Below are positions 14,462-27,570 of a DNA stretch of 64,000 nt, piece after piece. This DNA comes from the human T2T-CHM13v2.0 reference genome, Homo sapiens. Each line of letters starts with the position of its first letter. The first letter of the stretch is position 1. The notes beneath the pieces were generated by a model. The model searched no databases, was not told the DNA's origin, and saw only the letters and a list, made by a program, of their open reading frames with translations. The position numbers and the translations under genes are program-made. The DNA is taken from NCBI RefSeq assembly GCF_009914755.1, contig NC_060930.1. The stretch is one strand, 5' to 3'.

Positions 14462-15477
14462 GTGTCTTCGAAAGGCCACTTCATAATTCTAACTGTTCAG
14501 GGAATCCAGGTGATGGGAACATGATAAGATTCATGCATTCCATCAGCATAAACCCACTGCATTACTTTAGTGTTGCTGCTGCTCAGATTCAACCCATGGA
14601 GAATGTCATGTCAGGGAAAAAAATATTCTGTAAGTCCACGGATAGTTGATTTGGAAGTGATATTTTGAACAGAAAAGGCAAATCCTTTCCAGAGTGAGAG
14701 AAAATGCTGCCCCAGCCACGATGGGAATCACCCTACATAACTAACCTGCACACAGATGACTGGTTCATGCTCCTTGAGCCATACTGGGGGCTGAGGGTTG
14801 GTCTTTGCTGCTAGCAGTTTGGGAAATCACCAGTACTGTAACCAGAACAGCACTGTTGGATAGATGTTTATGTTGCTGAATTCATGCTTAATCTCCTGTG
14901 CCTGCTTTCATGGCCACTTTTTTTAGGAGTTCATCGTACAAGGACAGGGGTGACTGGAAAAGGAAACTGATGACATTCACAGAATAAGTTTTCTTGTCCA
15001 GGAAATCCAAACACCTTTTGCTGGTGTTTCTATTTATGAAAATTTGAAAGGGAACAAATATCTTCACACTCTGTGCCCAGTTGAAGATAACCTAGTCATC
15101 TTCCCTGGACCCTGTTGTTACTGATTTTTCAATCATGTCCCTTTCTAATTTTTAGTCTTTCAGCCAAATTGTTAACTACTGCCCATGAATTAATGTAGGT
15201 CTGTATATCTTGGCACCTCCCCTTCCAAGTAAAGCAAGAAATCATGTGCAATGCTCAAAATTTTGCCCATCAGAAGGATTTACCTTCTTTGCTGTCCTTC
15301 AGGAGACCCCTGAGGTATGGCTGGAGTGCTTCAGACACCTACGTTTGGATAAATTGAACAGACCATACAAAACCATCTGTGAATCACGACCCGCTTTTTT
15401 ACTCCCCAGTCAATTCATCTCAGGGAATTATTCATGAGGCAACAGCTGATTTTTGAGAGACAGAGAAAGAAAGCAAT

Positions 15478-15929
15478 TGTATTAGTCAGGGTTCTCTAGA
15501 GGGACGGAACTAATAAGACAGATGTATATATAAAGGGGAGTTTATTAAGGAGTATTAACTCACATGATCATGAGGTGAGGTCCCACAGTAGGCTGTCTGC
15601 AAGCTGAGGAGGAAGGAAGCTAGTTCAATTCCCCAAACTGAAGAACTTGGAGTCCAATGTTTGAGGGCAGGAAGCACCCAGCACGGGAGAAAGATGTAGG
15701 CTGGACGACTAAGCCAGTCTAGTCTTTTCACATTCTTCTGCTACTTTTATTCTGGCCACACTAGCAGCCAATTAGATTATGCCCACTCAAGATTGAGGGT
15801 GGGTCTGCCTTTCCCAATCCACCGAGTCAAATGTTAATCTCCTTTGGCAACAATCTCACAGGCACACCCAGGAACAACACTTTGCATCCTTCAATTCCAT
15901 CAAGTTGATACTCAATATTAACCATCATG
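15478..15929 (-). mobile_element. MLT2A1/MLT2A2 (HERV-L) solo LTR nested in the older ERV-L
   Basis: tgtattagtcagggttctctagagggac...aatattaaccatca; perfect 5-bp TSD GCAAT (15473-15477 / 15930-15934). Confidence 0.92.
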
Positions 15930-17840
15930 GCAATGTAGCAAGATTAAGAGCCATGGGAATCTGTTATTTTCTCATGCAACTTACTTAAATGCCTTCAGTG
16001 ACTGTTCAGACCCAGTCTTAAATATACCCCTTCAGCTTTATGATAGAACTCTATTATGTACACACAGCTTTCTGGCTTGATGGATCACACAATGCTCAGT
16101 TCACTGTGGCATCTAAGGCTACAGGGAAACAGGAATCCAAGGGCAAATGTTCAGTCTACTAGTCTAGATGTTGCTTCTCAAAAGTAGGATAATTATCTAC
16201 AGAAGATGGCATGGCTTGGTTCTACAATATTAAGTCCATATAGTGCTTCAGCTATAGGTGCTTTACAAAAGTTCCATACACATACCTATCTGCCACAGAC
16301 ATTTCAAGAATCATTGAGCCAGCTGGGTCATACAGCCCAAGTTTAAGAGCAGCTTACATAGCAACTCGGACCTGTGACAAAGCCTTCTCTTGCTTGAAGT
16401 CCCACTTGAAACTCGCATTCTTTCCTAGTACTCCAAAAATGGGGATATGTGGCTTTCAAATCTCAAAGAGGTTCACTAGGTGTTATGTTCATCTTTTTTT
16501 TTTGTAGTTAGTGTAGTCAGAAGTAGCAACTTCTCCTTCACCTTGGAAAGGATATTACAGCACAGCAGTAGATCTGTTACCAAGTCGGCAAGCTCGCGAA
16601 TGTTAGATTTATTTCTCAGCCTCTGGCACACATGCTTCTTTCCAAAATATCTAGGACAGTTGCTGTTTCCTGCTCTTGACTCCTATCACCCTAATATCAG
16701 CGTAGTGGTCTGATATGAAGTCTCAGTGGAGAGGTGATCAATGCTCCTGTGGACAAGATTATGATGGAGGGCTGGAGTACTGATATAGCTCTACAAAAGA
16801 AGAGCAAACGGCTATTTCTGGCCCTGCAAACTGACAGCAATGTGCTTCTTATGGCCTTTTACTGACATACATAAAGAAAAAAAATTCAAACACATCAATA
16901 ACCAGATATCAGGGGGTGTGTTTATTTGTTCCAGTAAATAAACCACATCTGGAACAACAGCTGTGACTGGAGTTAAAGATTAAGTTCATACAGACCACCG
17001 TAATTATTCAAAGTCTGCCTGTATTTTGCTCAAGACAAATAGGTGAGGTTGGATGGGGATATGGTAGGAATCAAAACCTCTGCTTTCATTGAGTCTTCAA
17101 TGGTGGCATCTTTGGGAGAAACACCTCTAAGTCCTCATTTGTAAACTAAGTTAGTAGCTGTCTTCACACGTGCCTTTTCTGCCTCTCCTGTGTATGCCCA
17201 TTCTAACACAGCTCTTCCATTCTAAATACGCCCCTGATTTCCCTAGCACTTACCCAGCTGCCAGAGCATGGCCCCTGCATACCTCTTGTGCTGAGTCTGC
17301 CGTGTCTTTTAATAGGGAACAGAGGATCTCTATTACCGTCCTGGTTTACCAGGAGTGTGAAAAATCTCTCAACTTTGGTTTCATTTGTTTCTTTGAAAAG
17401 AAAAATGTTGCTTCTATACTCTCAAGTCTCTTCAGTATTATACCCGCAACATAATAGATGCTCAATAAATTATTTGTTAAATTAACTTAAAGATTTGTGA
17501 AAAGGAAGGATTAAGTGTGCCTATACTATTTTAATTATAGAGGCTTTACTGTATGTTACCAAGGCAAATTGAGAAGTAGGTCAATCCACACTGACAGTTG
17601 CTCAGAACCAGGGTCAGTGTTGAAAGAGCTAAGAAACAGAGATTTCCGGTGTTAGAGACTCAGGCCCCTGTCCTACCAGGGCCATTCCTTCATGAAGATT
17701 CATAGGATAGCAAAAACATGTGAAACCTAATAAAATCAAACAGTAAGATAAAATGAAATTTTAGAGAATATTATAAGAAGGATCTATTCTTTCACACCTA
17801 GATACACATGCTAAATAAAGTAAAAGCAACGCAGCATGTC

Positions 17841-17967
17841 CAGACTAACCATATAATGTATTAAAAAGACACTTTTAAGAATGACAGGGTATGTGATTAA
17901 TAATTATGTTGGGACAGCATGCATAAACACAGGCTTCCCCCAGGCAACCCAGACATATGGCCATGGA
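17841..17967. mobile_element. MER94-like hAT-Blackjack MITE
   Basis: accatataat..gacacttttaagaatga..attaataattatg..gggaca..gcataaac..ggcaa.ccagacatatgg matches the recalled MER94 layout, with degenerate TIRs. Confidence 0.65.
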
Positions 17968-19844
17968 GTGACAATCACCTGTGATACACCTAGCTTATTA
18001 GTTAATATTTGTAAGATGGGCCCTGAGGGGTCAGAGTCAGGAAATAACTTATTCCATGTGACCTATATCTCTTAACACATAATTACCTGTATTGTATTTG
18101 GAGACACCACCCCCTTTTCTCTTTTTTTCATTACTTTCATATGCATCTCCCTTAATTTATGTCCTATTAAATGCCCCTTATTTTCTAGTTTTTCATTTTC
18201 TTATACTTCCACAAATTCAACTTGCTAATAATATTCCACCCTTCCATCCAGTTATTCTTTAGAGCTAGAACCAAGACCCTCGGGGTAGAATTTCTTCTCT
18301 TCTGACATATAAATTTGCATTTTTAAAAAGCAGATATAAATTCAGGATCTCCACTTCCCAAGTATAAAACTATGGAGACCTAGTATAAATTCTCAAATTA
18401 TATAAAAAAAGAAATATTAACACGACCAGACTTCCTGATATCTTGAGAAAGCTGGATTTCCTAAGGAAAAATACTTTCGGAGCTAAAACCAACCTTAGTA
18501 ATCACCTTGTGTAGCTTATGTGCTAAAATCTTCACCCACTTTCTGGGATCTTAGAAAAGTCATTGAAAAAGGAACCCCGGTTTAAAGGAGTAGCTTTTAA
18601 CTGACACAGCACACTTGGAGGGATTGATGAGTTCTGTAATGTGAACTGTTTGCTTAGGGATTGCCTTGTTGTTTCATTACCAAAGGACTTGGATTCAGAT
18701 CAGAATTGGAACACAGAAAATACCAGAATTGTTCCATTATGGGGAGTCAAGCAATCATTGAAGGGGGCGTGCAAAGGTAAACTTTAGTTCACAGAGTCTC
18801 TGCAAATAAATCACTCTCAGCTGTCATACCACTAGTTAGCATGGGCTGTTTGATCTTCAAATTGCAAGCTAGTAGTGACATGGCAGTGGCAGGGCTAAAA
18901 GGCAAAATGTAGAAAAATGTATCATTTTATCTTCTCTATTACTGAAACTTTGTCTTGCAGAGAGAATTTTTAATAGCCCTATGATATGTGGTCACCAATG
19001 TCTGAAAGATATCTTTTTCATGAAATTCATCATCAGGACTTAACTAAGCTCCAATCAGTAAAGTTTCTCTTTAAAAAATATTATCATTTTCTTGTTTTTT
19101 TTTCTCAAGTCATTGTAGATGCTTTTTTGGTACTTTTTGATCAATTTGTTTTACCTACTATGTTTAAGGACTTATGTGAACAGGCAAATATTTAACATCT
19201 AACTTATCTTGCCTAATCACTCTTATAACTGCAATTATATTTGATTATGCACAAATGTAACATTCAGAGATCACTTGTGTTCGTCTTACATATTAGACCT
19301 TTCCACACCCATGATAATGAAACGTAGTTTCTGTGAAACATCAGAGTGTGTGAATGGGTTTTGATTCTCTTAGAGATCAATGGATCTCTTTCTGTCACTT
19401 ATAAATCTTCACCAAAAACTCTGGTAAGTAGTTTCATTAGTATATCCTACTGTTTCCTAGCTAAACATTATAGACAATGCAGCACACGCTCATCTCTGTT
19501 ACTGAAAAATCAACTCATAATACAGGTTCCTCTAATATTGTGTTACTGGCATTTTATTCTATCAAGAACTGCGTAATTACTTATAGATGCATGCATTCTT
19601 CTGTGCCTTAAGAAAATCCCCTAGAATCTTCAGCTTAACCAATTACTGTATACATGATACCAAAAGCATATGAGTTTTGAAGTATAGCTTATCTATTGTT
19701 CTCTTTGTCTCAAAATCTTTGCCCCTAAAAGGCAAACCCTTAATTTGAAAAGCTATGTTTAAAAATAAAATTATAATTTTACAACTAAGCCAAATGAACC
19801 ATCTAGATGGTTTACCATTTCTCCAAGACCATACTTTCTAAAAA

Positions 19845-20700
<856 letters not shown>

Positions 20701-22479
20701 TATCTGTATTATTCTATCTTGACCATAAATTGTATATTTTTTTCAAAATTACATTCTTATTTGTAAGTGTTACTCAACCCCAAGAAATAATCAAGGCTTA
20801 CTAAGCCTGTTGGCAATTTAATCTCATTAAACCCATCTTAAACTTTCCAAATATGTATTTTATTCATATTACTAGAAATTTAATCTTTCCATATTTAAAA
20901 AATATCGGAACAAACTGTTAATATTGTTTACATTTGTATTACATTATTGAGCCATTATTCCTTATTTTTTGGCAGTGTAGACATTTCATCTCTTATAAAT
21001 TGTGCAGCTACTTTATGTTTGACAAAAAAATGCATTTTGTAACAAGAAAATGCATTTTGATGGAATGGCAAGTTCCATCAAACGGAAAACAAAACTGAAA
21101 AGGAAAACTACATTTGCTGCTATTACGTGTATTAAAATCTAAGAATGAATCGACATTCATCACACGTTTCCATTTTCTAGTAAATAATTCCAAAGAACTC
21201 TTTGCATTTGATGCTTTGACTCTGCAGTCTTCCCCAATGTTACTATAAACACAAGGTTTTTGTTGTTACTGTCCACTTGTTTAAACAAAATTACCATGTC
21301 CTTCTTTATTCCAATGTACCACACATTAGGTTGTGACAAGTAAAATCAATGAGGTCACTACATTTTTTTTTATGATTTGTGCCTACCTGTGTTTGGAAAG
21401 AATCAAAGCGGCCTACAATATGCTTACTGTGTAAATTTGCCAATACATAGTCATATTAATTTTCTATTAGGCCGTTTTTACATGAAAACCTTATAGAGTT
21501 TAAATTAATACATAGACAGACAGATAGACAGATGGATTTATAAAATATACAAAAGGGAAATATGAAGTTATTTGGAAAACAAGGGAGATTTGTTCTAGGA
21601 GCCAGAGCTAAGTTAATTACTGAAATACAGTACCTAGTTTGGTTCTGAACTTTCATGAAGCTAAAGCAAATAGAAAAAAAAAAATAGAGAGTGAGAGAAA
21701 AAATTAATGAACCGTCTCATCAAAAGAAAAAAAATTCCCCAAAACCAAACACTTCATCATCAGATCTCTGAACTAAACATCTTCAGATATGCTTGCTCCA
21801 CTCATCAGCAGAGAAAATATTCATTAATCAGAATGTTCAGTACTTATCCTGTTTAGCTCCATTGTTAACAGAGGGGTGAAAGAGATAAAAATAGTATTAG
21901 TTACTGTTGTTGAAAATATGTCTAAACCATTTTGGTTCTTTGACCTAACATAAATTAATACTTGAAAATGTAAATCTTTTACAAATTACTGATGGCTCCA
22001 TGTAAACACTATTTCTCTTAATGGAGTAATGATTCATGGAAAAACTTCTATCAAAACTTTTTCATCTTTACTATGGAAAAGCATAATTTATGTTTATAGA
22101 CCAATGTTGCACTTAAAAATTACACCCTAAACTGCATTTTTGAAAGTATTATTATAGAATGAACCAAAATATTATCTGGGTCTAGAACATAAATATTAGC
22201 GTAGCTATCTGGGTTAGAGAAGTTAATAGAATGTAGGCTGAAGGTAGAGCACCCTCTTCCAGGACAGCTCACATTGCTGGTTCCATTTCCATTTGCTTCC
22301 ATGTCTCAACATATCTAATTGAGGATTCTGATGAATTTATGTTGGTCATTTGATGTCTCAAAAGATATTTTTTCAAGATATGATAATAGATTGTCTTCTT
22401 CTACATGATCTTGCAGCAAATCTTGAACAACTCTATGGAATTAACAGAACATCTATGTTCACTCCACCATGCATAACAC

Positions 22480-22780
22480 ACTCAGGTTATCTTTTATGTC
22501 AAATATATATACCTTTTATGTAATGCTCCACAATGTGGACAGAATGATGAGAAGGCTAACAATCCTATTATAAAAGAACTTCTTGTCTAGTGGAAGAAAC
22601 ACTAATATAAACATTTAGTCACAATACGAGGTGCTTGGTATTTTATTAAATACAACAATAACAGCCTTGCCTCTGGGGGTGGAGAACACTTCCTAGAGTA
22701 GGGGACATTTGAGATGTTCTTAGAGAATTATTAGAAATTTATTAGGTGAAAAATAAAAACATGGAGAAGGACATTTGGAT
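22480..22780. mobile_element. L2 fragment
   Basis: gaacttcttgtctagtgg..acttcctagagtaggggacatttgag resembles L2 3' region; very diverged. Confidence 0.45.
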
Positions 22781-22910
22781 CTGAAGTCATGAAAAATACC
22801 AAAAGGAAATGGTCATACAAAAGAGAATGAATTGGAGTGAACAGAATATTAATTTCTCAGACTTGAAGTGTAAGGCCAAGTGGAAAATAAGTCTATAAAT
22901 ACTATTGCTG

Positions 22911-23511
22911 CCTGTTGGTTTTGTGCTGTGTCAACTGAACTAGGTTGGAATAGCATTTGCTAGAATTCTTGTCTCTGATGGATGTGGGCTATGGTTGACC
23001 ACAACAGAAAGGTGCATGAGACCTGGAATGTAGAAGTGACTTAGAAGGAGGTTAGTAGGCTCTGAAGCTGGACTGGGTACCAGCTGCACTGCAGCTCTTG
23101 TACAAGGTTGCTGATTTGTTTGATCATCTAATTGCTATGGGGCAGCATTCAAGTCTGCAGCTCCTGCAGCTCCCCTCTCAGGCTAGCCTAAATATCAAGC
23201 ACATGTGCTAAAGTCATCTAACTCCTGGAGGTCACCTTAGCTATCAGGATTGGATACAGTGAGAAACAGATACAGATAGCACTTTGTCCTCATGGATAGC
23301 AGTTTGTCCTTTCTGCAACCCAGCTTTTAGTGTCCACTGCTGCCTCTACTGAGCTATAGCAACTTCAGCCCTGCCACCAGATGCAGAGGCAACAGCTTTC
23401 TAAAAACTTCTTTACTAGCTCCCAAAGCTGTGTAAGATCCATTCTCTACAATAAATCCCTTATTCCACATAACTTATAGTGATTTTTCTGCCCTGAATTT
23501 TAAATGATACA
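22911..23511 (+). mobile_element. LTR41-like ERV-L solo LTR
   Basis: Starts ggttttgtgctgtgtcaactgaactaggttggaa; ends aataaatcccttattccac..atagtg..tgataCA. Confidence 0.7.
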
Positions 23512-24275
23512 CATGCTTTCTACTATTTAAAGTTTACAAATAAGGTACAATGAATACTACCTTTTCCTCTGTAGAACTGACATAAATCAGAGTGGTTTTG
23601 TTCTGTATATTTATTGTTCTGTAGAGGAAGCAGTAAAGAAAGATCAAAGCTCATTCTACTTAGGGAATTAAAATGCTCAGCCATACCTACAAGAACATGT
23701 CCATGAAAAATCCATTCTTCTTAGCAAAGAGAGCAAAGGGGATGAGCTTGGATTCAAATTTGTTCACACAGATTAAGATTGGAAATGCAATCTTTATCCT
23801 AGGGTTAGTATGAACCTGGGTTTTTCAGGTGAGAACTGACGATGTTTTCATGAGTATAACTCTTCACATGTGTAAGATAAAAAATAATGCTATGAACAAT
23901 GCTGGTAGAAGTTTTCCTGGTCCCATTTACTGTGAGGTCCGACAATAGTCTGTCATGTTTGGTACCTCAGTCCAAGAGTAACTAGCAAACAGTTGTGCAA
24001 ATGTTTGTCACATATTGAGAATTGGCTCACAACATCTGTCCTTCTGGCAGGTTAGCTTTGCTGGTAGTTAACTTGAAGCTCTATAATTCTACTTCTTTGG
24101 TTTATTTAGCCAAAGAGTAAAGATGAGAAATATGACTTTAAGACGTGTTTCAGATCTAGAACTATATTTACTCAGAGTTGTTTCTTTATATCCTGAAGAA
24201 TAAATGGTTATTTGGACAAGGAAAAAGTAGAGGATTGGCCAACCATTCCTGATAAGGCCTATGGTAACGATAATG

Positions 24276-24301
24276 GTGTGTGTGTGTGTGTGTGTGTGTG
24301 T
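24276..24301 (+). repeat. (GT)13 microsatellite
   Basis: Direct observation. Confidence 0.95.
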
Positions 24302-25250
24302 ATGATGGGGGTAATGGATGACAATCTCAGGAGGTTGAGTTATTTGTCCCTGGCCTGAAAATTAAAAAGGAAGAAATAGCTTGTATTGACAATAATCATA
24401 CAGAAAACCTAGCTTTAATGATTTCAATCAAATTTGCTGCCCTATTTTGTTAAGAATCACGGGTACAATTAAGAAATCAATGATGATTATTGTATAGCAA
24501 AACACAGTGTCTGGCAGAAAAAAAAAAAAGTCTGAGGAAAGAACTTAATTTAGAAATGATCATAACTCCCCTAAAGCTAAATAACAAAACAAAATTTTAA
24601 GGCTTCTCTTGCAAATAACCAGACAATTTCACTCATTCCCAGAATAATGGCTCTTCTGTGGAGAAAACACTGTCTAGCTTCCTTTAAGATACACATTTCC
24701 AAGCATAATATAGGAAATTTTAAAATTAAATGATGTGCTCAAGACTTTCTTCATGAGCAATCTGGATGTTATTTTCCAAATGAATGAGATTCATGAAAGA
24801 TGAGTTACTGACTCCCCACTATGAGTATAGCATTGAACTAATCATGAAAAAGTGGAAACAGAGATAAACATATAAGTTGAATACACTAATGCATTCTAGC
24901 ATAAGCACATAAAAGCATTCTTATTTGTACCCTAAGTGAATAACAGTTTAGATTAAAAATTGATGAAGTTGTGTTAGGACCAAGAGGTTGTAATAATAGC
25001 TTTGTTCATTCAAAGTAGTCTTCATGAAGAATACGAGGCTGGGTGTTTTTCAAAACAGGTATGTATGAAGAAGGAATAATTTTCTAGATCATAACAAATA
25101 TTAACACATTTTGAAGGGTGCATTGTTTATTGCTTAAAAATTCCGTTACTAGTTATTTGCCACAATAATTGGGGATGTAGCAATAAAGATTTCCATTGCA
25201 ATGCTAATTAGAATAGCTAAATAATTTTGACATTCAAAGATATCAAACTA

Positions 25251-25774
25251 CAGGGGACTGCCCCAGCATCTCTTGAAGTTGCATAATTGGCACGGTGGCT
25301 GCACCCTCTTCTAAGATATGTAGATAGTGCCCCAAGATGAGGGGTGTAAAAGCCTGGATGCTGTGGAAGCCGTCCTGACTGTTGAGAAGAACCAGAAGCT
25401 GGTCCTTCTGTATCTGCTTGCCCTGGGTTCTGCCCGCACAGACTCTATCTTGGTGACTTCCTAGAGAGCCATTTCCTAGACGAGGAGGGAAAAAGAACTC
25501 AGCAAGAAGACCGGTGACCACCTGTCCACCCTTCACAGGCTGGACTGGGCCAGTCTGTCTTCCAAAACCTCCCCGTGAAGCAGCACTGGAAGGCTCTGGA
25601 GCCCGTGTCGTTTGAGAAGCTTCTCTGCATCGCCTGGTACCAGGGCTTCTGGTACCTCCATCCACTAGGCAGCTGTTTAAGTACCTCCAGGGTATTTAAA
25701 AAGCTCCAGGCCCTGTGTCTCAAGCTGTGAACCAGTTGGAGACAATAAAGCCTTTTGCAGCAAAACCAATAAAT
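25251..25774 (+). pseudogene. FTL: Processed, 5'-truncated ferritin light chain pseudogene
   Basis: From 25264: [59 protein letters not shown], then after frameshifts GDFLESHFLDEE and KKTGDHLSTLHRL. This aligns with FTL [92 protein letters not shown]. No introns; FTL-like 3' UTR, AATAAA at 25744-25749, A-rich tail, TSD core AAAGATAT (25236 / 25775). The symbol denotes the parent gene. Confidence 0.93.
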
Positions 25775-25877
25775 AAAGATATAACCACATAAAATGCCAG
25801 CCAGATATTATTTGTTACTAACATATTCATAACATACTTTTAGAGAAAAATAATTTGTTTACAAAATAAACTGTACC

Positions 25878-25928
25878 GTGTGTGTGTGTGTGTGAGAGAC
25901 AGTGAGAGAGTGAGAGAGAGAGAGAGAC
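25878..25928 (+). repeat. Compound (GT)n(GA)n microsatellite
   Basis: Direct observation. Confidence 0.9.
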
Positions 25929-27369
25929 AACTTAATATATTCCCAAATTGTGGGGTTTTTCAGTTTTTCGTATTTTTTGGTTTTACATTTTTTACAATAA
26001 GCATATTGCTTCCACAGTTGGAAATAAGTTGTTCTAGTTTTTATTAAAATAAACAAGAGAGTACAGGATGAGCTGTGAGCAACTTTAGATTTGGGAGGGA
26101 TGCTATATCAAGGGCTTATCAAAAGGCCATCTTACTCTCCTCTCTTTTAACGAAGGCCTCTCAGTAATGCCTTCTCGATTTATTTTCCCTTTTCTCCTCT
26201 CCAAAGCATTCTTCAACTTGTTTATGGCCAGGTATTTTGTTTCCTATTGATTACTTGCTTTTTAGTACACCATGCAATGGTGTGCCCCCAGGATGGATAT
26301 CTAACAGAATCAAGGCTGCTTCAGACTAGTGACATCTTTGTCGAAGGTAACGCAGCTTGACCCTGTGGAAAAAGCAGCTGCTTTGGGTAAGGAGAGCCGT
26401 GAGGAGTGAACACTTAAGGGCTTGGAGAGAAGAAAAACAAGCATAAAGGTAACAACCACAATTTTTAGAGAAGGAAGATAAAGGAAATCTGATTTAAAGC
26501 TATCTCCTCAGTCAGCTCAGCCTAATGGGTCCTGGCATTCTGGGTGGCACTCTCATGCATCCACGAGGGGACTGGGGTTCAAGGAGCAATCAGATTTAAG
26601 ACAATTGGCATTCAGCCTCCGCGAGGAGCAGGGACAGAGGGCTCTTTGTTGAATCAGGCAGCCAGAGAGTACCTTGTGCTGAGCAAGATCTGGATTAAGG
26701 GCGTGCATGCTCGCTTGTCACAAATGTTTTATTGTGTGTCTGGGCAAGTCATTCTCACTTGTTAAGGAACAGCCAGGGTTTTGTTCTGTATGGGCCTAAA
26801 ATAAACCAGAAAAATCAGAGGGCCTTAGGGTGGGAGGGAGCAGGAGGAGTAAGAGTTCAGGTTTATGGTCTATTTCTGTTTGGTTAGCTCTTTGGCTTTT
26901 TGAATAAAAAACTTCCCAGGGATTTTAAGGTTTAAAGTCTTCATTATCTCTAATTTTAAAGGGTCATTTATGCTGATAATTCTTAAATCTCAACTGGAAT
27001 AAGAAATTCACTCGTTATCTCAATATAAATGTCATCTTGGTAAAGTGCATTACATAAAATCAAAGTGTCTTAACTCTGACACACCAGATCAGCTGAGTTA
27101 AGACAATGGCAACCAGTGAAGCGGCCTATTTTGAGTGTAGTTTTCCTTCATATTTTTTTATCTATGTCTCCTTTCGAAAAATATAAAAGTCTCACAGACA
27201 CAGTTATTTGAAATACCACTAACGCAATGAAAAACAAATCAAACACTGGGAATGTTTGCTTTTATTTTTTCCCAAACTACACATTCTCGTTTCCCCATTC
27301 TGACATTTCCCCAAATCTACCACCTCCTCCCAGGACTGTGTGATCCCTATTGATAACCAGTAATTGTTT

Positions 27370-27570
27370 TCATGTAATCAGAAAATCTGATCTCTAATCT
27401 CAAGCACTGTTTTAACTTAGCTGCCTCCTGTGCTTGCATAAGTTACTTATTCTCTCCAGATCTCAATTTTTCCATCTATCAACTGTGGATGCTATAACCT
27501 GTCTTTTTATCTAACAGGGTTGCTGAGATTCAAGAATGACAACAAATTTTAAGACACTTTGTGAAATAGA
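27370..27570. mobile_element. MIR
   Basis: aagttacttattctctcc..ctcaatttttccatctat..acagggttgctgagattcaa matches the MIR core. Confidence 0.65.

Larger units (their letters stand above)
13477..17250 (-). mobile_element. Decayed ERV-L internal region (pol: RT, IN and dUTPase-like remnants)
   Basis: 14093-14143(-) translates PLNWKLSLPPGYFGLLM (HERV-L PLNWKLRLPPGHFGLL). ORF 13885..14082(-) LLHN..LGHLLLLPCFVIEVNYKLQ is also HERV-L-like. ~16690-16785(-) ISTPALHHNLVHRSIDHL..HYADI is an RT motif remnant. Many stops and frameshifts. Confidence 0.85.

Noticed and set aside
25243-25665. 140-aa minus-strand ORF
   Set aside because: It is the antisense frame of the FTL pseudogene, with no independent protein similarity and no promoter or splice support.
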